Shown: positions 37,733 to 47,354, numbered from the stretch's first letter. The stretch: DNA of 64,000 nt from Gammaproteobacteria bacterium (GCA_036381515.1 DASVCR010000078.1:14371-78370); one strand, 5' to 3'. Notes: a model not told the origin generated them from the letters alone. Numbers and translations: made by a program.

Positions 37733-38728
37733 ATGAAGAAATTCGTCAACGATCCCGCGAACTTCGTACCGGAGATGCTCGAGGGCGTCGCGCTCGCCAA
37801 TCCCGAGCTGCTGCGCTACAAGCCCGAGTACAACATCATCTACCGCGCCGACCGGCCGCGCGACGACAAGGTGTCGATCGTGCAGGGATCGGGCAGCGGT
37901 CACGAGCCGGCGCACATCATGGCCGTCGGCCCCGGCATGCTCGATGCCGCATCGCCGGGCAACGTATTCTCCGCGCCGCCGATGGAGTTCTGCTATGAGT
38001 GCATCAAGCTGATGAACTCGCCGAAGGGCGTCCTGGTGCTGATCAACAACTATCAGGGCGACCGGATGAACTGGGACATGGCGGTCGAGATGGCCCAGGC
38101 CGAGGGCATCAACGTCAAGAGCTTCGTGATCGACGACGACGTCGCCGTGCAGGATTCGACGCACACGGTCGGCCGTCGCGGTGTCGCCGGCAACTTCTTC
38201 GTGATCAAGGCCTGCGGCGCGGCTGCCGAGAAGGGCGCGAGCCTCGACGACCTGCTCAAGCTCGCGGCGAAAGTGAACAGCCAGGTGCGCACGATGGGCA
38301 TCGCGCTGACGTCGTGCACTCCGCCCGCGAAGGGCACGCCGATCTTCGAGATCGGGCCGGACGAGATGGAGGTCGGCGTCGGCATCCACGGCGAGCCGGG
38401 CCGCCGGCGCGACAAGCTGAAGAGCGCCGACGCGATCGTCGACGAGCTTTTCGATGCCGTCTACAACGACCTGCCGTTCAAGTCGGGCGACCGCGTCGCG
38501 GTCATGATCAACGGCCTCGGCGGCACGCCGATCAGCGAGCTCTACATCCTCTATCGCCGCGCGGCGCAGCGCTGCAAGGAGAAGGGTCTCACGATCGTCC
38601 GCAACTACGTCGGCGAGTACTGCACGTCGCTCGAGATGGCCGGCGCTTCGCTCACGCTGCTGCGCCTCGACAACGAGCTCGAGGAGCTGCTCGCGGCGCC
38701 GGCCGAGATCGCGGTCCGCGTATTTTGA
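37733..38728 (+). CDS. dhaK: Dihydroxyacetone kinase, substrate-binding subunit DhaK
   Basis: MKKFVNDPANFVPEMLEG, SGSGHEPAH, GDRMNWDMA, GIHGEPG. Confidence 0.9.
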   Translation: MKKFVNDPANFVPEMLEGVALANPELLRYKPEYNIIYRADRPRDDKVSIVQGSGSGHEPAHIMAVGPGMLDAASPGNVFSAPPMEFCYECIKLMNSPKGVLVLINNYQGDRMNWDMAVEMAQAEGINVKSFVIDDDVAVQDSTHTVGRRGVAGNFFVIKACGAAAEKGASLDDLLKLAAKVNSQVRTMGIALTSCTPPAKGTPIFEIGPDEMEVGVGIHGEPGRRRDKLKSADAIVDELFDAVYNDLPFKSGDRVAVMINGLGGTPISELYILYRRAAQRCKEKGLTIVRNYVGEYCTSLEMAGASLTLLRLDNELEELLAAPAEIAVRVF

Positions 38729-39417
38729 CCTCCGCATCCTCGAAGGCCAGCATCGAGGTGCTGGCCTTCGATCTCGACGGCACCCTCGTCGACTCCGTCC
38801 CCGACCTCAACTACTGCCTCGGCGAAGCGTTCGAGTCGCTCGGGCTCGCGCGCTCGACCGAGGCCGACACGCGCGACTGGGTCGGCGACGGCGTCGAGGA
38901 GCTCGTTCGCCGCGGGCTCGAGCGCTCCGTTCCGCCGTCCGAAGCGGAAGCCCTCCTCTCGACGGCGATCGAGCGCTTCTCGGCCTGCTACGCGCGTAAC
39001 CTCTTCGTGCGCACCCGCCTCTACCCTGGCGTCGCCGAGACGCTAGACGTGCTTCGCGCACGCGGCGTGCGTCTCGCGTGCGTCACGAACAAGCGGCTGC
39101 GCTTCGCCGAGGCGCTGCTCGATCAGGCCGGCCTCCGCGAACGCTTCGAGCTCGTGCTCGGCGGCGACAGCGTCGCCGAGAGGAAGCCGAGCCCGATGCT
39201 GCTCGATGAGGCCGCCGCGCGGCTCGGCATCACGCCGGACGTTGCCGCCTACGTCGGCGACTCGTACCACGACATGCACGCGGCCCAGGCCGCACGCTGG
39301 CGCTTCGTCTGGGCGAGCTACGGCTATCGAAGAATTCCGCGCGACGAGCTGGTCGCCGCGCTCACGATCGACGCGATGCCGGAGCTTGCGGAGCGGCTCG
39401 AGGAGCTGGCCGTGTAG
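38725..39417 (+). CDS. gph: Phosphoglycolate phosphatase-type HAD hydrolase
   Basis: VLAFDLDGTLVDSVPDL, VTNK, KPSPMLL, YVGDSYHDMHAAQAA. Start uncertain: TTG 38725 overlaps the dhaK stop; GTG 38758 is the alternative. Confidence 0.8.
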   Translation: MTSASSKASIEVLAFDLDGTLVDSVPDLNYCLGEAFESLGLARSTEADTRDWVGDGVEELVRRGLERSVPPSEAEALLSTAIERFSACYARNLFVRTRLYPGVAETLDVLRARGVRLACVTNKRLRFAEALLDQAGLRERFELVLGGDSVAERKPSPMLLDEAAARLGITPDVAAYVGDSYHDMHAAQAARWRFVWASYGYRRIPRDELVAALTIDAMPELAERLEELAV

Positions 39418-39444
39418 TCCCGGCCGACTAGCCCGGTTGTCTGA

Positions 39445-39756
39445 TCAGCAAGACCGAATCGACGCTCGCTGCCTCGCGCGGTCGCGGTGCCGCACGAGCC
39501 CGTCGACCGCGATCCCGTAGTCCATCCGCTCGCCGGCCCAGCGGCAGGCTGACGCCTCGGCACAGCTGCGCGCGCCGTGACACGCCCAAAGCTCTTCCTC
39601 GTCGAAGCGCGCGATCAGCTCCAACCAGCGCGCCTCCGCGGCCGCGATGTGCGCCGAGAGCTCGACGATTTGCTCGCCGAGCGCCTCCGCGCGCATCGCC
39701 CGCTGATCGGTATCAGAGCAGGCGGACCACGGCATCAGGTGGGCTCGAGCGGACAT
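39445..39756 (-). pseudogene. Truncated DUF222 (13E12-repeat / HNH endonuclease family) N-terminal remnant
   Basis: ALGEQIVELSAHIAAAEARWLELIARFDEEELWACHGARSCAE matches the N-terminal helix pattern of DUF222 proteins. The ORF stops at 103 aa, whereas the family is normally 400-500 aa with a C-terminal HNH. It retains a GGAGG Shine-Dalgarno. Confidence 0.5.
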
Positions 39757-39774
39757 CTCCGCCTCCGTCGCAGG

Positions 39775-39790
39775 CTGGCTATAAATACAG
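39775..39790 (-). promoter_or_regulatory. SOS-box-like palindrome upstream of the DUF222 remnant
   Basis: CTGG-N8-ACAG (LexA gamma-proteobacterial consensus is CTGT-N8-ACAG, one mismatch), embedded in a CATAAT -10-like AT-rich patch. Confidence 0.25.
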
Positions 39791-40059
39791 TATTATGCCA
39801 CCGACGGATGCGGGCTCAAGCCCTACGGTACGTCCACGGTCATCCGTGGCCCGGAAGGAAAGCGGCCAGGTTGGCGATGCAGCAAACTGCGGTTTCGAGC
39901 GAAGTGAAACGACCGGATAGCCGCCCTCGCTCGTCTCGTAAGCGTGGCTTTCCGATGACGATCTGCCGCGTCTCCGAGTATCTGTGACTCGAGCTCGATC
40001 GTTTCGCCAAGATCCACTGCGCCTGTAACGTCCGAGCCGACGCAGCGATGCGGAAGCGC

Positions 40060-41562
40060 CTAGTTCCGCATCAGCTCCGTCGCGAAGATCAGCGCCATCG
40101 CGCCGGCGCGGGGATCGGGGCCTAGGATCGCCTCGCGCTCGAGGTAGCCCTGAAGAGACTCGATCCGCGCGGTCGACTCGCACACGTCGATGAACGAGCC
40201 GCCCGGCCCGGTGCGGGCGTTCACCGCGTCCCAGGCCCGCTCGACGGCCGAACGGTAGGCGTCCTCGTCCTCGAGCCAGCCGTTCGTCAGGCCGCGCTGC
40301 ATCGCGAAGCCGATCATCGCGGTGCCGGTGAACTCGGGGTACGCGCCCGGGACGTCGATCACGTTGCGCCACAGCCCGTCCCGGTTCTGATGCGGCAACA
40401 GCGCCGCCATGTGCGAACGGTAGCTGTCGAGCACGAAGCCGTACCTCGGATGGTCGCTCGGCAGCTCCGAAAGCAGCAGCGCGAGACCGAGCGCCGCGAA
40501 GCCGTTGCCGCGTCCCCACGCGGCATCCGTCGCCGGCTGATGACGGTAGAGCCCGTCCGGGCGCAGCACGATGCGCTGCATGAACGCGAGATGCCGCACT
40601 GCCATGTCGAAGTACTTGCGCTCGCCGGTCAACGCGCCCGCCTGCGCCAGGCTCACGGTCCCCATGAAGACCGAGTCGCTGTATTCGCCGTGATACGGCA
40701 TCGACTCGCGCATCGCGCCGCTCTCGTCGAAGCCGAGATCGGCCACCTTGCGGACGAGCGCGACGTAGCGGGCGTCGCCCGTCGCTCGCGCGAGGTCGCC
40801 GAAGATCAGGTGCCCCGCCATCGCGAGCGCGCTCGGGCGCTCGAGGCTGTCGCGTTCGCCGCTCGCATAGGGCTCCGCGAGCTCGCGGACGAGGTCGACG
40901 CGGCCGAGCGCGAGCTGCGCGCGGAGCGCGAGCGCCTCGATGTACCACGGCCTGTCGAGCTCGAGGCCGTAGTGCTCCGTGAGCTCGAGTGCAAGGTCGC
41001 GCGGCGTGCGCGCGCGGCGGCGCTCGAGCTCACGGGCCGCTTCCGATCGCGGGACGTTATCCGCATCGAGCGCGGCGAGATCGTCCTCGCCCGACCAGCT
41101 CCGGCTCGGGATGCGGCCGACGAGCGCCACCGGCTCGCTCGCGAGCGCGTCGCCGAGGCCGAACGTGTCCTCGCCCGCAATCAGCACGAGATCGGGCCCG
41201 TGCGCGCCGACGAAGCGCCACAGCGTGTTCGCTTCCGGGTTCTCGCGATAGGCCCTGCCCGACGGCGGGAACGCGAGCGGCGCGCGGGCCGGATTCGCGA
41301 GCGGAATCGCGATCACGTTGACGCCCCGCTCGGACCGCGGAAGCGCATCGAAGCGCTCGACCGCAGCACGCACCGCGGCGCTGTCGTCGCCGTCGCCCGC
41401 GAGGCCGCCTACGAGGACGACGAGCGGCGCATCGTCGCTCGCCCCCTGCACGAAGACGCCGTCGATTCGCGTGCCGTCCGACGCGAGGCCGACGTCGAAC
41501 GTCTCGGCCGCGTGGGCGGTAAGCGCACCGCAAGCTCCGAGCACGATGCCCAGAAGCTGCAT
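40060..41562 (-). CDS. Secreted glycoside hydrolase family 88/105-like protein with extra N-terminal domain
   Basis: C-terminal ~300 aa carry an (alpha/alpha)6-type pattern with AAWGRGNGFAALGL and GLWRNVID typical of unsaturated glucuronyl/rhamnogalacturonyl hydrolases. Start at MQLLGIVLGACGALTAHA (41562); upstream ATGs are possible. Confidence 0.65.
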   Translation of the reverse strand: MQLLGIVLGACGALTAHAAETFDVGLASDGTRIDGVFVQGASDDAPLVVLVGGLAGDGDDSAAVRAAVERFDALPRSERGVNVIAIPLANPARAPLAFPPSGRAYRENPEANTLWRFVGAHGPDLVLIAGEDTFGLGDALASEPVALVGRIPSRSWSGEDDLAALDADNVPRSEAARELERRRARTPRDLALELTEHYGLELDRPWYIEALALRAQLALGRVDLVRELAEPYASGERDSLERPSALAMAGHLIFGDLARATGDARYVALVRKVADLGFDESGAMRESMPYHGEYSDSVFMGTVSLAQAGALTGERKYFDMAVRHLAFMQRIVLRPDGLYRHQPATDAAWGRGNGFAALGLALLLSELPSDHPRYGFVLDSYRSHMAALLPHQNRDGLWRNVIDVPGAYPEFTGTAMIGFAMQRGLTNGWLEDEDAYRSAVERAWDAVNARTGPGGSFIDVCESTARIESLQGYLEREAILGPDPRAGAMALIFATELMRN

Positions 41563-41858
41563 ATCGCGCTTCGTGATCGAACGCGGCGGCATGCACTCGG
41601 GTCTCCCGATGTCGGGCATGGTCCTCCCCCGGCCTATTCCACACGACGGCGTGTTAGCCTGGATGATAGTTCGAGTGCTTGCATGTTTTCAGCACGTGCC
41701 GATCTCGCAGTCGCCTGGGCCCCCCCGGCGCGTGCCAGTCTCGATACCGGATTCGTCGTCCCGCGCCCGGGAACCGCCGTTCCGACAAGCCGCCCTCTTC
41801 GGCGAGCCGTATCCGAACGAGGACGAGCTCGTGAGCGTCAGGCATTGCTGCTCCCGGC

Positions 41859-42056
41859 GTGAACGTCCCCGACGATCTGGGCGAGGATCGGCCGATGTAC
41901 CTCACGTCGTCGCTGTTGTACGGCGTCGATCCGTTGGACCCTGCAGCGTACATCGCGGCGGTCGTCGTCGTCCTCGCGGCCTCGGCGTTCGCGGCCTACC
42001 TGCCGGCGCGCCGCGCGGCGACGATCGACCCGATGAGAACGCTCGGCGCGGAGTAG
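41859..42056 (+). pseudogene. C-terminal remnant of an FtsX/MacB-type ABC permease
   Basis: SLLYGVDPLDPAAYIAAVVVVLAASAFAAYLPARRAATIDPMRTLGAE is the canonical last TM plus tail of MacB-like permeases. No upstream permease sequence in any frame. Confidence 0.6.
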
Positions 42057-42073
42057 CCACGTCGTCGGCAGCG

Positions 42074-43210
42074 CTACTCGAGCGCGCCGGTCACCAGCAG
42101 CGTCGTCACGAACACCGACAGCGCGATCGCGGCGGCAAGCAGCACGAAAAAGAGCCTGACCAGCGCCGAGAGCCGCGACAATCGATAGGTACCGCGCAAG
42201 TGGCTGTAGAGGTGCACCGGCGGAGACAGCATCAGCAGCAGGGCGGAGAGGCCCGAGCCGACACCGGCGATCGACGCAAGCGTGCTCAAGATCAGCAGGA
42301 TCATCATGAAGCTGATCGAGTACGTCACGAACACCGCGTGATCGTATAGATTGAACTCGCGCCGCCAGAAGAAGAGCAGCCACATGAAGGGGATGCTGAG
42401 CGGGACGAGCAGCCAGGACCACTTGTATCCGTTGGCCTTCATCTTGTAGAAGACGAGGTCCGGATCGTCCTCGAGCTTCTGCAAGGCTCGGCTCAGTGCG
42501 TTACCGCCCTGCCCGTCCGCTTCCGCGGGAGACGGAGTCTCGCCCGGATCGATACGTTCCGCATCCGCCGCGTTCGCGCGCTCCGCCTGGGATCGAAGCT
42601 CTGCTCCCAGCTCGTCGTATCGCTCCCAGTCCTCGGACGCCGCCGCCCGGGCCATCGCGATGACGATCTCGAGGTCCGCAAGCTGCTGCTCGAGCGCGAG
42701 TCGCTCCTCCGCGGAGATCCCCGGCGTGTCGAGTCGCCGACGCAGCGCCTCGGCGTCTGCCTCCATCGAATCGACGGCTTCGGCCGCAAAGGGCGGCGGG
42801 CCGTTCCAGTCGACGCCGGGGGCGAAGGCGAAGACCCCGTACATCGCAAACACGGTGAAGAGAAAGAGCGCCATCGGGGAAACGAACTTCGCGCGCTCGC
42901 CCTCGATGTAGCGGCGAGTGAGCCGTCCGGGGCGAAACGCGAGCTCGGGGATCGTGCGCCAGAACTTCCCGTCGAAATGGAAAACCGAGTGCAGGACGTC
43001 GTGACCGATCGAGCGGAAGTCGCGACGAATGTGCGCGGACTGGCCGCACATCGCGCAGTAGCGGCCCGTCAGCGTCGCGCCGCAGTTGAGACAGACGCGG
43101 GGATGGCTTCCGCGCTCGGCCCTGCCCCTTCCTGCCTCGGTGTCGATCGCATCGGCCGCGACCGCCCCGGTCAGAACGTCTGCGGCCGTCTCGCCGCCCT
43201 CGATTGTCAC
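42074..43210 (-). CDS. DUF3667-like membrane protein with N-terminal zinc ribbon
   Basis: CLNCGATLTGRYCAMCGQ, then FHFDGKFWRT..RPG..TRRYIEG.R..FVSP, and several C-terminal TM helices. Confidence 0.7.
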   Translation of the reverse strand: MTIEGGETAADVLTGAVAADAIDTEAGRGRAERGSHPRVCLNCGATLTGRYCAMCGQSAHIRRDFRSIGHDVLHSVFHFDGKFWRTIPELAFRPGRLTRRYIEGERAKFVSPMALFLFTVFAMYGVFAFAPGVDWNGPPPFAAEAVDSMEADAEALRRRLDTPGISAEERLALEQQLADLEIVIAMARAAASEDWERYDELGAELRSQAERANAADAERIDPGETPSPAEADGQGGNALSRALQKLEDDPDLVFYKMKANGYKWSWLLVPLSIPFMWLLFFWRREFNLYDHAVFVTYSISFMMILLILSTLASIAGVGSGLSALLLMLSPPVHLYSHLRGTYRLSRLSALVRLFFVLLAAAIALSVFVTTLLVTGALE

Positions 43211-43281
43211 GGTCGCGAGACCAACTCTTCACCGCGATGACCGAAATGGTATCGGCAACGCCGATGCGCTGTCCAAGGCCG

Positions 43282-44613
43282 CTACGGCACCTCGCGGACA
43301 ACGGGCTCGACTCCCGCCGGCACCGGCCCGCCGAGCGCCCAATCGAGCAGCTGCACCGTGTGCACGACCGGGGTTTGCGCCGCGGACGCGAGCTGCACGA
43401 TGCAGCCGATGTTGCCGGTCGCGACGACGTCGGCCTCCGTGCGGGCAATGTTCGCAATCTTGCGATCGCGCAGGCGGTCCGCGATCTCGGGGTGAAGCAG
43501 GTTGTACGTTCCGGCCGAGCCGCAGCAGAGATGCCCTTCCGGAATCGTTCTCACTTCGAAGCCTGCACGCGCGAGCAGCTCGCGCGGCTCTGCGTCCACC
43601 TTCTGGCCGTGCTGCATCGAGCACGCGGAGTGGTACGCGACGCGGAGACCGAGCCGGCGCCGGGGCGCGGGCAAACCGACCTCGTGCAGATACTCGCTGA
43701 CGTCGCGCACGCGCGCGGCGACCGATGCCGCCTTCGCGGCGAGCGACGGATCGTTGCGGAACAGGAAGCCGTAGTCCTTCGCGTGCGTGCCGCAGCCCGA
43801 AGCCGTCGACAGGATCGCGTCCAGCCCGCTGCCTTCGATCTCGCGCTCGAGGCTCTCGATCAGCGCGCCCGCGAGACGCCGGTTGTCCCGCTCGCGGCCG
43901 AGATGATGCACGATCGACCCGCAGCAGCCGGGGACGGAGACGACGTCGACTCCGGCCGCGGCGAGCACGCGCTTCGCGGACGCGTGGATCTCAGGAGCGA
44001 GCACGGACTCGACGCAGCCTTCGAGCAGCGCGACCCGCCTCGTCGGCCGCGCCGCGGCGCCGTGGACGCCGGCGGCCGGACGGTCCGCCGACGACGTTGG
44101 TGCGACGCGCGCGCCTCCGGGCGGGTCGAAGCGGTCCTGCAGAAGACCCCGAAGCCGCGACACCCGTGCCGGCATCCACGCGAGCACGGGCCGCGCGAGC
44201 ATGCCGAGCCTCACCGCGACGGCGAAGCGCTTCGGATACGGCATCACCGCGGCGATCAGCTCACGGATCCATCGCTCGCGCAAAGGCCTGTGGTACGTGC
44301 GCTCGACGTGCACGCGCGCGTGATCGATCAGGTGCTGATAGTGGACGCCGGACGGGCACGTCGTCATGCATGCGAGGCACGACAGGCATCGGTCGATGTG
44401 CCGGACGACGTCCGCCGTCGCCGGCCGGTCGTTCTCGAGCATGTCCTTGATTAGATAGATCCGGCCGCGCGGGCTGTCGAGCTCGTCGCCGAGCAGCACG
44501 TAGGTCGGGCACGTCGCCGTGCAGAAGCCGCAATGCACGCATTTGCGGAGCACCTGCTCCGCTTCGCGCACGTCGGGATCGGCGAGCTGCTCGGGCTTGA
44601 ATCGGGTTTGCAT
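43282..44613 (-). CDS. glcF: Glycolate oxidase iron-sulfur subunit
   Basis: CVHCGFCTATCP and CLSCLACMTTCP ferredoxin motifs plus two CCG domains. The TGATG junction with glcE was verified. Confidence 0.9.
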   Translation of the reverse strand: MQTRFKPEQLADPDVREAEQVLRKCVHCGFCTATCPTYVLLGDELDSPRGRIYLIKDMLENDRPATADVVRHIDRCLSCLACMTTCPSGVHYQHLIDHARVHVERTYHRPLRERWIRELIAAVMPYPKRFAVAVRLGMLARPVLAWMPARVSRLRGLLQDRFDPPGGARVAPTSSADRPAAGVHGAAARPTRRVALLEGCVESVLAPEIHASAKRVLAAAGVDVVSVPGCCGSIVHHLGRERDNRRLAGALIESLEREIEGSGLDAILSTASGCGTHAKDYGFLFRNDPSLAAKAASVAARVRDVSEYLHEVGLPAPRRRLGLRVAYHSACSMQHGQKVDAEPRELLARAGFEVRTIPEGHLCCGSAGTYNLLHPEIADRLRDRKIANIARTEADVVATGNIGCIVQLASAAQTPVVHTVQLLDWALGGPVPAGVEPVVREVP

Positions 44614-45794
44614 CAGTGTCGCGTGTCGAACGCCCGTCGGCCGGGCGCAACCGGCGGGCCCATGCGGCCGGGATTCAACCGGCCGTCGGGGTCGAACGCC
44701 GACTTGAGCTTCGCCGCGAGCGTGGCGACGGCCGCGGGCAACGGCGGAAACACCGCGACGGACTCGCGCAGACGACGCGGCGCCTTCCATAACGTCGCGT
44801 GCCCTTCGTGAATCACCGAGCGAATGCGGTCGATGTCCACGTCGGCGAATGCCGCCCAGATCAAGCCGCCGCCCCAGTCGAGCAGATACCGCTCGGGCTC
44901 GATCGCGTCGAGCACGCGCGGCGCGTCCGACGGCGGCACGCTGATCCTGACGACGCACGGCGCATCGCCGAGCTCGGCCGCCTCACCGGTCCGTCTCCAG
45001 AACGCGTGCGACTCCGCGTCGGCGAGCACGTCCGCGTCGTCGCACCCGAGCCATTCGAGGAGCCCCTGGACGCGCGCCGCGACGGACGCGCCGAACCCCT
45101 CGAGCCGAAGCGCCGCCCCTCGGCCGGGCGCGAACGCGGCCGCCGAGACGTCGTGCGGCGAGCCGAGCCCCCGCCCGAGGACGTCGACCGCCGCCGCGGG
45201 ATCGCGGACCGGCACGACGATCGTCGTCTCAGTCTCCGGCATCGGCGCGACGCGCACGGTGACCGAAACGAGCACCGCGAGCGTGCCCCACGAGCCCGCG
45301 AGGAGCTTCGGCAGGTCGTAGCCCGTCACGTTCTTCACGACGCGGCCGCCGGCCTTGAACGGCACGCCGTCGCCGCTGACCGCTTCGAAGCCGAGGAAAT
45401 GATCGCGCGCCGCGCCGGCCGACACGCGGCGGGAGCCGGCGAGGTTCGCCGCGAGGACGCCGCCGATCGTCTGCGCGCCGCACGGCGCCGCGCCGAGGAG
45501 CGCACCGAAGTCGGGCGGCTCGAACGCGAGGCGCTGACCGCGGCGTGCGAGCTCGGCCTCGATCGTCGCGAGCGGCGTCGCCGCGCGCGCGGTCAGCACG
45601 AGCTCGGCCGGCTCGTACGCGACGATGCCGGAGAATGCGGAGAGCTCGAGCGGATCGGCGTCGACCGGCGCGCCGATCGCGCGCTTCGATCCGCCGCCGA
45701 TCGGCTCGAGCGGCCGCGGGTGCGAACGCAGGATCTCGACGAGGTCCGCGCGATCGCGCGGCCGCAGGACGTTCTCGGCGCGAGCGTGAGCCAT
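44613..45794 (-). CDS. glcE: Glycolate oxidase FAD-binding subunit
   Basis: FAD_binding_4-like N-domain (IGGGSK...); positioned between glcD and glcF with 1-nt overlaps on both sides. Confidence 0.85.
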   Translation of the reverse strand: MAHARAENVLRPRDRADLVEILRSHPRPLEPIGGGSKRAIGAPVDADPLELSAFSGIVAYEPAELVLTARAATPLATIEAELARRGQRLAFEPPDFGALLGAAPCGAQTIGGVLAANLAGSRRVSAGAARDHFLGFEAVSGDGVPFKAGGRVVKNVTGYDLPKLLAGSWGTLAVLVSVTVRVAPMPETETTIVVPVRDPAAAVDVLGRGLGSPHDVSAAAFAPGRGAALRLEGFGASVAARVQGLLEWLGCDDADVLADAESHAFWRRTGEAAELGDAPCVVRISVPPSDAPRVLDAIEPERYLLDWGGGLIWAAFADVDIDRIRSVIHEGHATLWKAPRRLRESVAVFPPLPAAVATLAAKLKSAFDPDGRLNPGRMGPPVAPGRRAFDTRH

Positions 45795-47284
45795 CAGAAC
45801 CGCGGCAGATCGGGGAAGCGCTCCGCGCCCGCATGCACGTGCTCGCGCCCGAGCTCGGCGCAGCGAGAGAGCGTCGGATACACCTTCCCCGGGTTGAACC
45901 GGAGCTCCGGATCGAACGCGCGCTTCACGCGGTGCTGGATCTCGAGGTCGCGCTCGTCGAACTGATACGTCATCAGGTCACGCTTCTCGAGACCGACGCC
46001 GTGCTCGCCGGTCAGCACGCCGCCGACGTCGACGCAGAGCTTCAGAATCTCGTTGCCGAATTCCTCCGCGCGCTCGAGCTCGCCCGGCGCGTTCGCGTCG
46101 TAGAGGATCAAAGGGTGCAGGTTGCCGTCGCCCGCGTGAAATACGTTTGCGACGCGCAGCCCGTAGCGCGCGGACATCTCGCTCATCGCGCGCAGCACGC
46201 GCGGCAGCTCGCGGCGCGGGATCGTGCCGTCCATGCAGTAGTAGTCCGGAGACAAACGCCCGACGGCCGGAAAGGCGGCCTTGCGTCCCGCCCAGAACGC
46301 GAGGCGCTCGGCCTCGCTCGTCGAGACGCGGCAGCTCGTCGAGCCGAGCCCCGTCGCGATGCGCTGCACCCGCTCGCTCAGAAGGTCGACCTCGGCGGCC
46401 GGCCCGTCGAGCTCGACGATCAGGAGCGCCTCGACGTCGAGCGGATAGCCGACGCGAACGAACGCCTCGGCCGCGTGGATCGCCGGTCGATCCATCATCT
46501 CCATGCCGGCCGGCACGATGCCGTCGCCGATGACGCGCGCGACGCATTCGCCGGCGTCCTCGACCGACGCGAACCCGATCAAGAGCGCGCGCGCCGTCTC
46601 CGGGCGCTTCAGAATCCGCACGGTGACCTCGGTCACGATGCCGATCAGCCCCTCCGAGCCGATCGTGAGGCCGAGCAGATCGTAGTGGCCGCTGTCGAGA
46701 TGGCGGCCGCCGAGCCGAACGATCTCGCCTTCCGGCGTGACCATCTCGACGCCGAGCACGTTGTTCGTAGTGAGGCCGTACTTCAGGCAGTGCACGCCGC
46801 CCGAGTTCTCCGCGACGTTCCCGCCGATCGTGCACGCGATCTGGCTCGACGGGTCCGGTGCGTAATAGAAGCCGCGATCCGCGACTGCGTGGCTGATCGC
46901 GAGATTCGTCACGCCGCTCTGCGCGACGACGCAGCGGTTCGCGTAGTCGATGTCGAGGATCCGGTTGAACTTGCCGAGCCCGACGACGATCGCGTCGGCG
47001 GCCGGGATCGCGCCGCCCGACAGCGACGTGCCGGCGCCGCGCGGCACGATCCTGATGCCCTCCCGATGCGCGAAGCGCAGGATCTCCGCGACCTCGGCCG
47101 TCGTCTCCGGCAACGCGACCGCGAGCGGGCGCTGCCGATACGCCGTCAGCGCGTCCGTCTCGTACGCCGCAAGCCGCAGCGAGTCGTCGATGATCCGCTC
47201 GCGGCCGAGCATCGCCCGCAGCGCGCGGACGATTTCGCCGCGACGTGCAAGGACGCCCGGATCGGGCTCGGGGAGGCAAATCAT
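45794..47284 (-). CDS. glcD: Glycolate oxidase subunit GlcD (FAD-linked oxidase)
   Basis: VPRGAGTSLSGGAIP, GGNVAENSGG, HAGDGNLHP, GEHGVG. ATG 47284 (MICLPEPD). Confidence 0.9.
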   Translation of the reverse strand: MICLPEPDPGVLARRGEIVRALRAMLGRERIIDDSLRLAAYETDALTAYRQRPLAVALPETTAEVAEILRFAHREGIRIVPRGAGTSLSGGAIPAADAIVVGLGKFNRILDIDYANRCVVAQSGVTNLAISHAVADRGFYYAPDPSSQIACTIGGNVAENSGGVHCLKYGLTTNNVLGVEMVTPEGEIVRLGGRHLDSGHYDLLGLTIGSEGLIGIVTEVTVRILKRPETARALLIGFASVEDAGECVARVIGDGIVPAGMEMMDRPAIHAAEAFVRVGYPLDVEALLIVELDGPAAEVDLLSERVQRIATGLGSTSCRVSTSEAERLAFWAGRKAAFPAVGRLSPDYYCMDGTIPRRELPRVLRAMSEMSARYGLRVANVFHAGDGNLHPLILYDANAPGELERAEEFGNEILKLCVDVGGVLTGEHGVGLEKRDLMTYQFDERDLEIQHRVKRAFDPELRFNPGKVYPTLSRCAELGREHVHAGAERFPDLPRF

Positions 47285-47354
47285 GGTCGGCCATTTAACA
47301 CGATCGGCTTCCGCGGGGCGAGCGACGCGCGGCCCGCGCGAACGGCCGGGCGTG

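Noticed and set aside
35390-39417. A cbb (Calvin cycle) operon, because of the aldolase + CbbY-like + phosphoglycolate phosphatase combination.
   Set aside because: No RuBisCO, phosphoribulokinase or other cbb genes are in the window. The aldolase is the short (~290 aa) ketose-bisphosphate type rather than the ~350-aa CbbA type.
39757-40059. Low-GC 300-bp spacer as a tRNA, tmRNA or other structured RNA gene.
   Set aside because: I could not fold a cloverleaf or find conserved T-loop/anticodon-arm features or any known riboswitch core by eye. It is left as unassigned non-coding DNA; a covariance-model scan would settle it.
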